A program made the position numbers and the translations under genes. A stretch of 63,463 bases of DNA, counting the filler, from Parasitella parasitica NRRL 2501 (lineage: Eukaryota; Fungi; Mucoromycota), in NCBI GenBank assembly GCA_025201805.1. It is 10 parts of 9 records of this genome, joined end to end, with 100 filler letters (N's around TTAATTAATTAA, not from the genome) between each part and the next. Parts side by side here need not be neighbours in the genome. Positions count along the whole stretch, not along the records: positions 9,790 to 21,803 come from MU619406.1; positions 21,904 to 42,036 come from MU619463.1; 8 more parts are not named here. One strand, written 5' to 3'. Each line of letters opens with the position of its first letter. The stretch's first letter is position 1. Shown piece after piece: positions 12,596 to 24,356 of this stretch. Below the pieces are notes generated by a model that was given only the letters and a program-made list of their open reading frames with translations, was not told the origin of the DNA and did not search any database.

Positions 12596-12840
12596 TAAGT
12601 AGTTGTTCCTAAGGGTTTACTGTGTTTCTGTGATCTGTTCTTCAATTGGAATAGGCAACAATTAATAAATGCAAATTACGAAAGAAAAGCTCTATGTTTA
12701 TTTGAAGATCAACTTCTACTTTTAATGTCTCAGGTACCGAGTTCTTGGACAGACTACATCTTGTGTATCTTCTCTTATCACGTGCTTCCTTTTTTGGTAG
12801 GTTGATAATAAATAATCTACGGCATGTATCAAATATCAAA

Positions 12841-12912
12841 TCCTCAATGGTCTAGTGGCTAGGATTCATCGCTTTCACCGATGCGGCCGGGGTTCAATTC
12901 CCCGTTGGGGAA
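12841..12912 (+). tRNA. tRNA-Glu (anticodon TTC)
   Basis: Acceptor stem TCCTCAA/TTGGGGA, D-loop AGTGG, anticodon stem CATCG/CGATG with loop CT-TTC-AC, T-arm CGGGG-TTCAATT-CCCCG, followed by a TTTTT Pol III terminator. Confidence 0.95.
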
Positions 12913-13367
12913 ATTTTTGTATGTTCATGTGGTGTATCTAGTCTGTGCCCATTGTTATTGATCTCTCGTTTACTTTTTTTTGTATCATGATAATTGTGAA
13001 TTTAGTATGACCAGCTATGAATTAATTAAAAATGAGTTTTGCTTATTTTGAGATTTAATCTGCTATTTATACTGCTTTGATGTTGAGCATCAAAAAATAA
13101 GGTACAATACTATTTTATTGTGTGCAGAGATGCTTCTTTTATGCTAAGCTTTTTTTATTACTTTATGTTAAATGTAAAGTTAAGTTATAAAATGATAACC
13201 TCATTATTCTCTATTTATTTGATATTCATAATAATTGAAAAGTTACACACAAAGCCTGTATGTACCTGACACTATCTCGATCTATCTTTATTATTGTCGA
13301 ATTACTGTATATTTATTATTTTATGTAGAGTGTAAATGCAGAACAGCATAAATTGGATTCTGTTGAA

Positions 13368-15923
13368 TTATCGAGAAGGAATTACGGTATCTAAGTTGAC
13401 TTGGCCATTTGTTGTTAATGATTCCGTTGTTGTACGTGATATTGAAGGTGGTGGTGTTTCTGATATAGTACTTCTAGTGACAGGTCTAGCTGGTCTGGGA
13501 GGATAATACACATCTACATCATCCTCATCACATCTTTGAAAACTATTACTTTGTTGTCGAACAAAATCAATAGATCGAATGTCATCGCAGCTACTACTGA
13601 CGCTATCAGCATAGTCATCGTACGGCATCACATCATCACTTCCGTTATACACAAAATATCTGGTTCTATCGTCGCGACTAGTTCTTTCTGTTGTATCCAT
13701 TAAAGTTACCGGAAGTGGTGGGTCTGACATGCTGTATAATTCGGACGGTGGCGAATCAAATCCAGTGTCTTCACGATTTGTATACGAGTAACCTTCAAAA
13801 GCATGGTCTAGACTTTGGCTCAGCATGTATTCGCTCCCAACAGGTGACAATCTTGGAGTCATACGCAAGAATTCACTATCGAAGTGGCTAAAATCTGTTT
13901 CTGAATACAGTTTTGGAATGTAAGGTGGTTTGATTCGTTTTGCGTAAATCAAATTCCAGTCAATAAATTCAAAATACGGATCGGAACGCACCCTGATAGG
14001 TCCGTCGGGGCCACTTCCAAGACGTTTATGCGGGTCTCGCTTCAACAAACGTGCAATAAAGTCGGCTGTTTCAATATCTATAAACTCTGGAAATTGCAGA
14101 GGATCTTGCCGAATACGTCTATACATGTCATCCCGATTCTCTGCCCAGAATGGCGTAATTCCCGTCAGCATTTCAAATAATATAGTTCCCATACTCCAGT
14201 AATCAACTTCATATGAATAAGGTTTTTCATTCAATATTTCCGGTGCCAAGTACTCGGCTGTACCACAAAATGTGTCTGTCCTTTGTTGCTCTAAGCTCAG
14301 CCCATCATAGAATTGCTTTGAAAGTCCAAAATCAGTTAATACCAGATGACCATCAGCAGTAAGTAAAATATTTTCAGGCTTCAAATCTCTGCATCAAGTA
14401 AGTTAGTACAACTGCTATGTTGTACATATTATTGCTAACCTATATAATATGCCTAAGCGATGCAATTCCTGGATGCCTAGGACGATCTCAGCAGTGTAGA
14501 ACCGGCACCTTTCCGGTGGTAGACAATGATTAACACGTAGTTGTGTTGCCAAGTCACCTCCGACGTGATAGTCTAATACGAGAAATAGCTGATTCAAGTC
14601 TTGGAAGGAGTAATGTAGTTTGATTAAGAACGGATGATGAATAGATGCAATGTCTGCTAAAATTTGCTGCTCTGCTTTGATATGGATGATTTGGCTCTGT
14701 TCCACGACAGCTTTTTTACTGATCGCCTTCAATGCTAATAAACGTGATGAACTTCGATGTCGGACCAAAAGCACCTTTGTTTTTAAAAAGAGGAATTTAA
14801 AAACTTTGTAAGGATTGCAAAGCTATAAACTTACTTTGCCCATGCAACCCCTTCCAATAACTTTAATCAGTTGGAAATCTTGTATTGTAACAGGAATTTC
14901 TGTGGAAAAAGATGAAGATGTGATATTACTTGTGCCAGACAAGTCTCTGTGTGGTTGTATAAATGACTGAGGTCGTTGTGATGACGATGGTGGTGGAATA
15001 GAAAACGATGAATATGATAAAAAAGATGTGTTATCATGATCTGATGGAGGTGTTAATACTTGTAGCTTATCGGGTGGGGGAGTGGGACCACACGCAGTGT
15101 TTATTTCTCTATGCTGACTCACATTATTGCTGATGCTGTCTATATTGCTCAACATGGATATGTGTTGTTCTTCTACAAGAGATTGCACTAGCTCCTTTGG
15201 TATGGTATTGTCTTCATCTCTTTGAGGCTGAAGAAACTCTTTAAAGAGTGAGCATGACTGGATGGTGGGATCATTCACACAATGACGCAAATAGCGCTCA
15301 ATTTTATCTGAATTGCTTTTCCTAGTAAGCAAATGCGTTGATTTCTTTGAGAAACTATAAAGCAGTTTTTGGCGGAGGCTGTTGTTGCTTTGGTTACTAA
15401 GATTGCTACTGATGCTACTTCTCCGCGAAATGCTACCCGTGGCAACTGCTTGTTGTTCCCGGTCTCGCCGTAATTTCGGTAAGGAGACTTTGAATTTTTT
15501 GTAGTAACGTTTAATCTAAAATTCAATTGATTAACTTGATTGCTGTCGGGGTGTAGTCAACACATACTCTCTTATCAAATTCTTCAAAATCCTCATAGAA
15601 TCGAATCAAAATCAAGTGCCTCGATGGTTCTTCCACAAAGAGGGTGAAAACCTGATTGGATGAAAAAAAAAAGTTTTCAACCTTGTTAGCCATCGTTCAT
15701 GGGCTATGTTTCATTTTCATATAAAATCTTTGCATTCTTCAGCTCACGTCGCATTGAGCGAGGAATATCGTGATTATGCATGATATTGACTTACCGAAAT
15801 CAAGCGTTCTTTTGGACCGTCAGCGGAACGATATAGCATTGTTGTCTCAATAACACCAATGTTAGGTTGCTTGGCCAGTTTTCTTAGGGTTAGTTTACTC
15901 TTTTTTTTTCTGCCGTATAACAT
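13368..15923 (-). CDS. PX-domain AGC-family Ser/Thr protein kinase (YPK/SGK3-like), multi-exon
   Basis: PX-like exons (IRFYEDFEEFDKR; IERYLRHC...FKEFL). Kinase motifs IGRGCMGKV, ALKAISK, YR|DLKPEN, DFG, TFCGTAEYLAPE. AGC tail PPYIP...FDSEF...FEGYSY. Confidence 0.92.
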
Positions 15924-18900
15924 TTTAATTGAATGTTACAGTCAAATGCTAATTCAATATTAAATTAGAGTATCAATTAGATTAATTAAATAAAGATAAA
16001 TTTTATGGAAAAAAAGAAAATATATAATTAAGAAGAAAAACGACGTGAAAGCTGCACCCTTCTTTTTTTTTTTTGATGCTAACATACTTTCAATACTGTG
16101 GACCAGAAGAAATGATTGGCGGCAACAACAAAAAAGGAGTCGGCGGTTCGTGAAAATCCCAATGTATTGCTTTCATTATGATCATCATTGATCGATCCAC
16201 ATACAAGCAAATGTTGGCCATGTTAGTTCTCAAGGTGAAAAAGCATATTTATGAAAGAATAACGCTGATTTTGACTTTCGCTCTAAATCAACATCAATAC
16301 GCGACTCACCTCTACCTAATGCAGACAAATCTAATAAGAATTCATATAAATCTCAGTATTGAGCATCTATCTTGTTTTTATTGAATAAACTACATACATA
16401 TTTGTTTAATTTATGTACTTATACCTCCTGTAGCGATGCCGTAATATTAAAACTGATAAAGAAATCCGAATTAACATCCAGGAACCGCAATTGTCAAACC
16501 AGAAATTAGCATTACCACCTTCAAACAATCTAGCAAGATCAATCAAAACGACCCGAAGCTCAACTTTATGAAGAGGGTACAATGCTACGATCTCCATATA
16601 AGTATCCAAGGGTAGAAAGTACCACCTAACCATATTCTACATAAATTTATGATGAAAGGGATGCAGTTTCGAAAAATCTTGGATGTCAAAAATGATACTT
16701 TTAGTTGCGTTTTTGGACACGTGTATATGCACCACTATAATTATAATTGTAGTTTCTAATCATGTAAAAAAGCATTTCGTGAATATGTACCCACAAATAA
16801 CTTTATCACAAATATTTATTCGTATTGATGTCGCTTGTTATACAGAGTGATCCTGAATTTTCTCATTTGCATGAGATCTGCAATTGAGTGTAGTAGTTTT
16901 AGTTTTGGTCTACGCATCATACTTTACGATTTCGTGCATATCATTTACAGATAACATTTGCAACTCATAATTAGCATTAAAGTATACATCTTCATGCAAA
17001 AAAAACTGAATTGGCAAGCTGTGAAATTCGAGTATCCTTTCTCCTTTTCTCGACTTGAGCTTCTTTATTTGTTGGAACTGCTATCAAGCAAATAAAAAAA
17101 TTGTAGTTAAGCCTCTTACAGTTGGATGAGAGAAGGTTCAAGTTTCTGAAAATTCCCAATCTTGCTTTAGTATGAGCATTTTATAGACGCATTCGCAAGG
17201 CATCAAAAGCATTTGAAGAGCAATAAGAGAGTTTATAAGCAATGTTTTACTAGAAAGAGTTAAACTAGAGTCATACATAGTTAAAGCCATGCAAAGGTAG
17301 AATCAAAATTATATCCTGTATAAATCAGCAAAAATATCAAAAGAAAGTCTGAGAAAGGCAACCTAAAAGAACATTGAGCAAAGAGATTAAAAAATCACTT
17401 AATTTTCCTTCCTCCCCTGAAATAATAATAATGACAAAAGAGTTCAACTAAAACTTTCGAACATGAACAGCATGCTTCATAAAAAAATCACCTCCAGAAA
17501 CACGGGAATAGACTCATTTAGCCAAAATAGGCCATAACGACCTCTATTGGGAGAATACTCCTAGAAATGATAGTTGTTATTGCACCTGCGCTCATTGAGA
17601 AATAAATATTTAATATAGTTATAATAAATTATGTTGAGTTTATCTGTTCATGGCAAGAGAGAAAGAAAAGGGAAGGAAGCGATAGAATATTACCGTGTGA
17701 TAAATCAATGATTCAGAAAATGCAATAAGATAAATTGCATGAAAAAAATTATCTTTGATTTTTTTGTATATTTTATGGATCAATACTTGTAATTACTTTT
17801 TGATACATGCAATTTGCTCAGATGAAATTGTATATTTGTAGTATTTTTTCTCGTAAAAAGAAATCCAAAGACTACGAATAGAATCGAGTAGATGTAAGGA
17901 TCAAACGAGACAGTGAAAGGGAAGCTCAAACCACTAGTCTTAAAGGCGTACGATGCAGATGCACAGCACTGAATTTTTGTAGGTTGTGATACATAAAGTC
18001 AATAATAAACACTTTTACTAGCTCCTTTATCTATCGTTGAATATAGATGTAAACCAATATAATCGAGTAAATACTAGCGCGAATTCGCTTCCTCTTTCCC
18101 TTTTGATATTATGCGATTCGTGCATTGATGCTAGCTCAAATGGCAGTGAAGCATGACATCAAAATTTACCGTTGCAATCAGAGACCAAATTTTGCCCAGC
18201 AATCAAGCCTTTTTGGTTCTGATGATACAATCTCACTACAAGGTCATTTGAGGCCCTAAAAGGGGCCAGGAGGTGGGGGCATTTACGTTGTCAAATAGAA
18301 TAATAAAAAGTTTTCTTGTTATGGAAATGTGTTTACGATGGTGAATAGGATTATACCAATGGATTGATGCAAATATGCGAGAAAAAGGAGTATACAAGGT
18401 ACGCCAAGGTTTGAGGTACAGATGGCATCATTATGTACTTGCGTAGTAATAAAGTTCGGCCTCGTATCTACAAAAAGTGGTAGTATAGTAAATCGCTATC
18501 TACAAGTATAGATTAAACCTTGAAACGGTGTGAATTTCCAATGATCACCACCCCTTGGATTGATTGGTTCAGCGAGCGGGATGGTAGAGCAGTGAGAGAA
18601 GTGGTGAGAATTGACTGGTCATTTATCATTGTAGTGTAATTTTCCAAGAATGATCATTGTTTATAGCGTACACATTGCATTATATTCAATTAAAACTCGA
18701 GTAGATTTACAAATATACAAATAGAATCATGCAATATACAGCAAATCACCGGGTCTCACATTTGCTATATTCGTCTATAGTTACAAAGGTCACATTGCCG
18801 CTAATCTGTGGTCATTCGTGTATTATCTATCGTGCATTTAAAATCACATTCTTATAAATAGCAAGCTCTCTTGCTCAATGCAAGCACACTTTATCTTTTT

Positions 18901-18929
18901 TTTTTCTTTAACGCAATTATTTTCTCAAA

Positions 18930-20351
18930 ATGAAGCTTAGTCTTATCGCAAGTGCAATGATGGTAGCCACTTTAGCTAGTGCAAAACCTCTCTCTTATCA
19001 AGACTCATCCAATGGCGTGGCTCCTTTGTACATATCCCCTGATGCCGAAGCTATTGCCAATTCTTACATTGTCGTTCTCAAGGATAACCTCAAATCGCAT
19101 GAAATTCAAGAGCATGCTTCTTGGATTAGTGCACTTTCTGAAAAATCAACAAACAACTATAAAATTACTGACTGGTTGAACCCTCATGCTGCCAAGGCGG
19201 GCATTGCTCATGTCTATGATACCCCAAACCTCAAGGGCTACTCTGGTAGATTTGATGATCATGTCCTGGAAGCTATTCGTCAATCTGATGATGTAAGTCG
19301 CGCTCTATATTCTGATAAGCTCATGTAACTAACAACTGTTTAGGTTGCTTTTGTTGAACACGACTCTATGGTCTATGCCAATGAATTGCAACGTAATGCA
19401 CCCTGGGGCCTTTCTCGTGTTTCTCATCCTGATCCTCTCACATTCAAGAATTACCAGAAATACGAACACAATCCCAATGGCGGTGAAGGTGTCAAAGTCT
19501 ATGTTATCGACACTGGTATTAACATAGACCACACCGACTTTGAAGGCCGTGCAATCTGGGGCCAAACCGTACCCAGCGGTGATCGTGATGAGGATGGTAA
19601 TGGGCATGGTAGTCACTGTTCTGGCACTATTGCTGGTAAACGTTATGGTATTGCCAAAAAAGCACAGCCTGTTGCTGTTAAAGTGCTTAGAAGCAGTGGC
19701 AGTGGCACAATGAGTGACGTTGTACGAGGTGTCGACTGGGCAACTTCTGAACATCTCAAGGAGGCAGAATTTGCAAAGAAGAACAACAAGAGATACAAGG
19801 GCGCTGTTGCCAATATGAGTTTGGGTGGTGGCAAATCTCCTTCATTAGACATTGCTGTCAATGGTGCTGTCGATTCGGGTATCGTATTTGCTGTGGCTGC
19901 TGGTAATGATAACCGTGATGCCTGCGATTATTCACCTGCTGCCGCAGAGCTTGCCATCACAGTTGGTGCATCTACTATCTCTGATGAACGTGCGTATTTC
20001 TCCAACTATGGCCCCTGTGTAGATGTCTTTGCTCCCGGTTTGAATATCTTGTCTACTTGGAAGGGTAGTCGTTGGGCTACAAATACTATTTCTGGTACAT
20101 CTATGGCATCTCCTCACGTAGCCGGCCTCGCTGCTTACTTTTTAAGTCTGGAAGAGCAAAACGTAACACCTAAATATATCAAGGACAAGATTTTGAATCT
20201 GGCTACCAAAGATGCATTGGAAAAGATTCCTGATGATACTCCTAACTTACTCCTCTACAGTGGCTCTGGTGAAAAGGATTTCCAGAAAAAATTATCAGAA
20301 GCTGTTGATGGCGTTGATGGAATTTTGAGAGGCTTCCTTGGTGATATTTAA
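18930..20351 (+). CDS. PRB1: Subtilisin-like (S8, proteinase K/cerevisin type) serine protease with signal peptide and I9 propeptide; intron 19293-19343
   Basis: Catalytic triad VIDTG / HGSHCSG / GTSMASPH. KGAVANMSLGGGKSPSLDIAVN resembles vacuolar protease B. GTAAGT...CTAAC...TAG intron. TATAAATA upstream at ~18853. Confidence 0.93.
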
Positions 20352-21484
20352 GATGCTTTAAATATCATGTGTCTATATTTGTATGTTTTCTTGCACCCTC
20401 ATCCGTTTATATAATATGTAAATCATATTTCTCTTGTTATACTATTTCATGGAGTTGGTTTCCAGCTACTGCTACCGCCTCTATTACCCTACCACCACCA
20501 TACTACTCTTTATCTCTAACTCTGGTAACCTTTTTTTCTTTTTTTTTATTGAACAATACGATCACACAACCACCTATGGTATGCTATATTTTTATTTTTA
20601 TTTATCCTTTCCTTGCAATACATGTAAACACACACACACACAAACAAACATCCTTTTAAAAATAAAATAAAAAAAATAGTTAATATCCGTGAAAAAATCG
20701 ATTAATTTCCTTGTTCTCATTTGCCTGTAAATAACGTTGACTGGTAAACAACATTGTTGGTTTTCAATCGTAAAAGGCTTCTAGTGGATATATCGCAATT
20801 TGTATTGAACTATACTTTAAAATTACAACGATACCACGGTGTAATATTCACTTCAACGGATTCCAGGTTTGGTTCCCTATCATCATGTATAGAGCAAATT
20901 CATAAATTTTAAATAGTCTCTATTGTTGCTCAGCGTTTCAAATCAGCTATAACATATATTCCTGAGCCAACTAAATATATTCAGCAAGCTCACGAGCTAT
21001 GATGTGCGCAGCAAGTATCAAAAGTCATCACTCACATACTTACCCATAGAGGGTAACTAGGTATCTTTAACCCAACCCTAGTAGGCTGGCTCCCTACGCT
21101 CAAAAACTGACCCGGTATACGGTAATTGGGGATTACTTGACTTGAAGGAAGCGGAAAGCTAGGAGACAGTCGCCAAGTTCATCCGCAAGATGCCGATTAT
21201 TGCAATCAGTTTATCTTGCTTCTTTTGGGGATTATTCATGCTTTTACCTCCTCGCTGGTTAACCTTGTCAATATAGAAATATCGCACTGGTTTCAAGAAG
21301 CATGAGCATTTTCACTTTTGTAAATAATAAAAGAGTTTGTTTAATGTTGCAACATTTTATCTTTGTAAGAATCGCCCAAAAAAATATCATTGTTTCCATA
21401 TGGCAATAAGAATGCTCAGTCTGATGTTTCGATATAGAGATAAGATAGCATTAGTTTGCACAGAGTTACCGGTACTCATATTTA

Positions 21485-21597
21485 CAGTTGACGAAACTAG
21501 GTTGGGCCAATGAAAATAAATTTTGGTCATTTCCAAATTGAATACAAAAATGGGACAACAAGATAAAAATGGGACATGAGTACGAACATGGAGACAA
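21485..21597 (+). mobile_element. Second copy of the TA|CAGTTGACG transposon end, truncated
   Basis: 56-bp identity to 96-151. AAAATGGGAC-type motif at 21551, 21570 and 21589 (19-bp period). Confidence 0.75.
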
Positions 21598-21903
21598 TGT
21601 TAGTATCTTTCAGAAGAATCAGAATTGTTACAGCTTCTTACCTGCAATATCTTTAAGTTGCTGACTCACCGGAGTGAGCAGCAACAACCACATTGGAGGT
21701 GGCGGTATGTCTTTTGAAGACCTGGGGGCGGCCATTTCCACACCAAATTGATGTGGCAATGGTGAGCATGTTCTTCGAGGCCATGGCATCGCGATTCCAG
21801 TAANNNNNNNNNNNNNNNNNNNNNNNNNNNNNNNNNNNNNNNNNNNNTTAATTAATTAANNNNNNNNNNNNNNNNNNNNNNNNNNNNNNNNNNNNNNNNN
21901 NNN

Positions 21904-24086
21904 CCCGTGTCTATAGAATGTGTATACGGAGCAGTGGTAACGCTTTGTTCCTCCTCTTCACGAGTTACCTGCGGAAATTGACTTAACAATTCCTCGACCA
22001 CTAGGTCGGCATTGTTGCTGGCATGCGTCTTATTCTTGTAGACCCGCTTGCCCTTTGGATGCAACAAAATGTCTTCCTTCTGGAGCCAGTCCATTCCCAG
22101 TATAATGTCTTCGTTTTGACTTGGCACAATCAAAAGGAATATTCGACTCGATTCCTCGCTATTGAAAGTGAATTCCATAATAGCTTTACTGGTTGCCATC
22201 TGAGTAGTAGTATTGCCGTACTTGATCATCTGTTGCTGACACGCAAATTCCTCCAACCCTAACCGATCCACCGTAAGTCTTGATACAGTACTGACTGTGG
22301 AGCCAGTGTCCACCAACACGTCTTGCTGCACCTGAGTCTTCTTCACCAGAACCTTGAGCTTGAACCTTTCGCCACCACGAGTGAAAACTTGATCTGTCTT
22401 ATCCTGGACGTCTTGGTTGTTACTGACCATAATGTGAGAGAAGATGTCTTCTTCCTCTTCTTCGAAATCACATTCCTGCTGTGGTTGCCTAGAGTCCGTC
22501 TTGACCTGCAGTTCCTGAGCGTTTTGCCTGTGGCCCTTGCTCCAGCAATCCCGCTTGATATGCCCCAATTTTCCGCATTTATGGCATTTCTTGTTTTTGT
22601 TGGGATTCTCGGTTCTGCCCTTGCCAAAGTTACTCTTATACCCAGTATTCGCCTTGTCACCATAGTTGTTGCCACCGAAGTTCTTGCCTTCGAACTTGCC
22701 TTTTCCTTGGTACCGTTGTTGATAGTTTTGCTGTTCTTCCATAGTACTAACAGGTTCAGGTTTGTACTGAATAGGACCCACAGGGATGGTCTTTTTGGCC
22801 CTCATCAACGATCGCTCAATTTCCGTAGCAATGTTGATACCTTCTACCAGATTCTTGGCCCCCCGCAGAATTACAGCCTGTTCCAGCTCTGGCTTCAATC
22901 TATCCTTTAAGTAGTCTAGTTGTATGCTTGGTTGATAGATTCCTGCTCTTTGAAGTAAACTAGTGATTTCCGGACCGAATGTCTTCATGGGTTTGTCGCC
23001 CTGCTTGTATGTCTTCAATTCATCATAGGCTATCAAGGTAGGGTCACTTCCCTGCGCATGCATGTGAAGGAAAGCCGTCTTCACTTCCTTCCAGTTATTC
23101 TTGATGTTGGGTTCCAAGCCTATGTACCAGTCCAAAGCATCACCACCAAAGACAGCGACCAGTTCTTCTGTCTTTTCATTATCTGTAAACCCCAGATAAT
23201 CAGCCAATACCTCGTAACGATTTAGCCATTGTTGCGCCTCATGGGGAGTTCCTCGTTCAAACGAACTGAACTTGTGTCTTCGTCTTCTCTCCAAAAGGAC
23301 AGGATCCAACTTTTTGGCTAGTTGACCCTTAGCCTCAACCGGTTTCGTGGTAATCTTGGCCTGATTGCTCCTTTGCACCTGAGCTTCCAATACAGCTATT
23401 CTGTTACGTAGATATAGTGTCTCTGATGATTCCTGAGGACCTTCCTGCACTTGTACTCCTGCTGCCCCCCTAGTAATAGTGCTAGCGTTATACGTTCCCG
23501 TGATCATGTATTGATAGTCCATTGGCAGACCCAAGTCTTGACAAGCTTCCAGAGTAGGCCAGTTGAACTCATGTACCAAATCGTTCATGTTCCCTCCCGG
23601 ACCAGCATGTAGAATACTCGTCATAGTATTCAAGATGTCAGACCTCGTATAGTCTACCAAACCGTCGTAGTGTTCCAACATAGCCCGATCTGCCTCAGCC
23701 AGTTGGTGTCGTTCCTGAATTAAGCCTTGTAACTGCATTCGCCCGTGAGGATGAATATGTTCCAGCGTGTTCGTTATCATTTGCGCCTGTGATAACTTGT
23801 CATTCATATTGTCAATCAAGGCTTGACGTTGACCCGTGAAGTACCGGACCAGACCTTCGTATTCAGCCTTAGCATTGAGAAACATTTCCCGAACAGATTC
23901 GCCATCATGCTGCGAGCCTTGCTCCATCGCAGACAAAGGGATCTTGAAACCTCGAACATCCGATAAGTCAGGAGGAGCCTGAGTATCACCACTCACCTCT
24001 CCTTCCTTGGGGATAGACTTGAAACTACCCTTACTGCCTTGACTACCATCGGTCTTGTTTAAATTTGCACCTTCGTTGTTTGCCAT
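21904..24086 (-). CDS. Ty3/Gypsy gag-protease(-pol) ORF, cut by the contig end
   Basis: Retrotransposon capsid region (QQWLNRYE...ALDWY...WKEVKTAFL), CCHC knuckle CHKCGKLGHIKRDC, aspartic protease LVDTGS and IILGMDWL. Confidence 0.92.
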
Positions 24087-24090
24087 TTTA

Positions 24091-24346
24091 GCTTCTCCAC
24101 CAATGTAATATCCGAGATTGTGTAACTAATGCTTTTTTGTGAATCATAAGATAATCCTTTATTTGATAAAATTGTTATGAGTATTTATACTTTAGAGATT
24201 CGGTGATATATATATATTAAGGCATTCGGTTATGGATAATGGGTATGGCTAGCAATGGACTTGATATTGGAAATGGTAAAGATGATTCAGCACGGCCTTT
24301 GTTCTGTATTAAGAAATCGTCTTGGTACACTTATACGCTTACTACA
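24091..24346 (-). mobile_element. 5' LTR (24104-24346) and tRNA-Ala-type primer-binding site (24091-24102) of the Gypsy element
   Basis: Minus strand TGTAGTAAG...ATATTACA, then TGGTGGAGAAGC, which is complementary to a tRNA 3' end ...CTCCACCA typical of tRNA-Ala. TATA-like and AATAAA-like signals in the LTR. Confidence 0.85.
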
Positions 24347-24356
24347 ATTACGCTAC

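Noticed and set aside
16000-18900. Long intergenic region with short ORFs
   Set aside because: No recognisable motif, repeat or RNA structure. It is treated as divergent promoter or decayed DNA.
21036-21200. ATACTTACC resembling the U1 snRNA 5' end
   Set aside because: No U1-70K loop (GATCA), U1A loop (ATTGCAC) or Sm site follows. It is better read as a minus-strand splice donor.
152-21484. Giant composite transposon carrying PPR, RhoGEF, kinase and protease between inverted repeats
   Set aside because: The TA-flanked outer ends face the genes, which is the wrong orientation, and the copies sit on different contigs.
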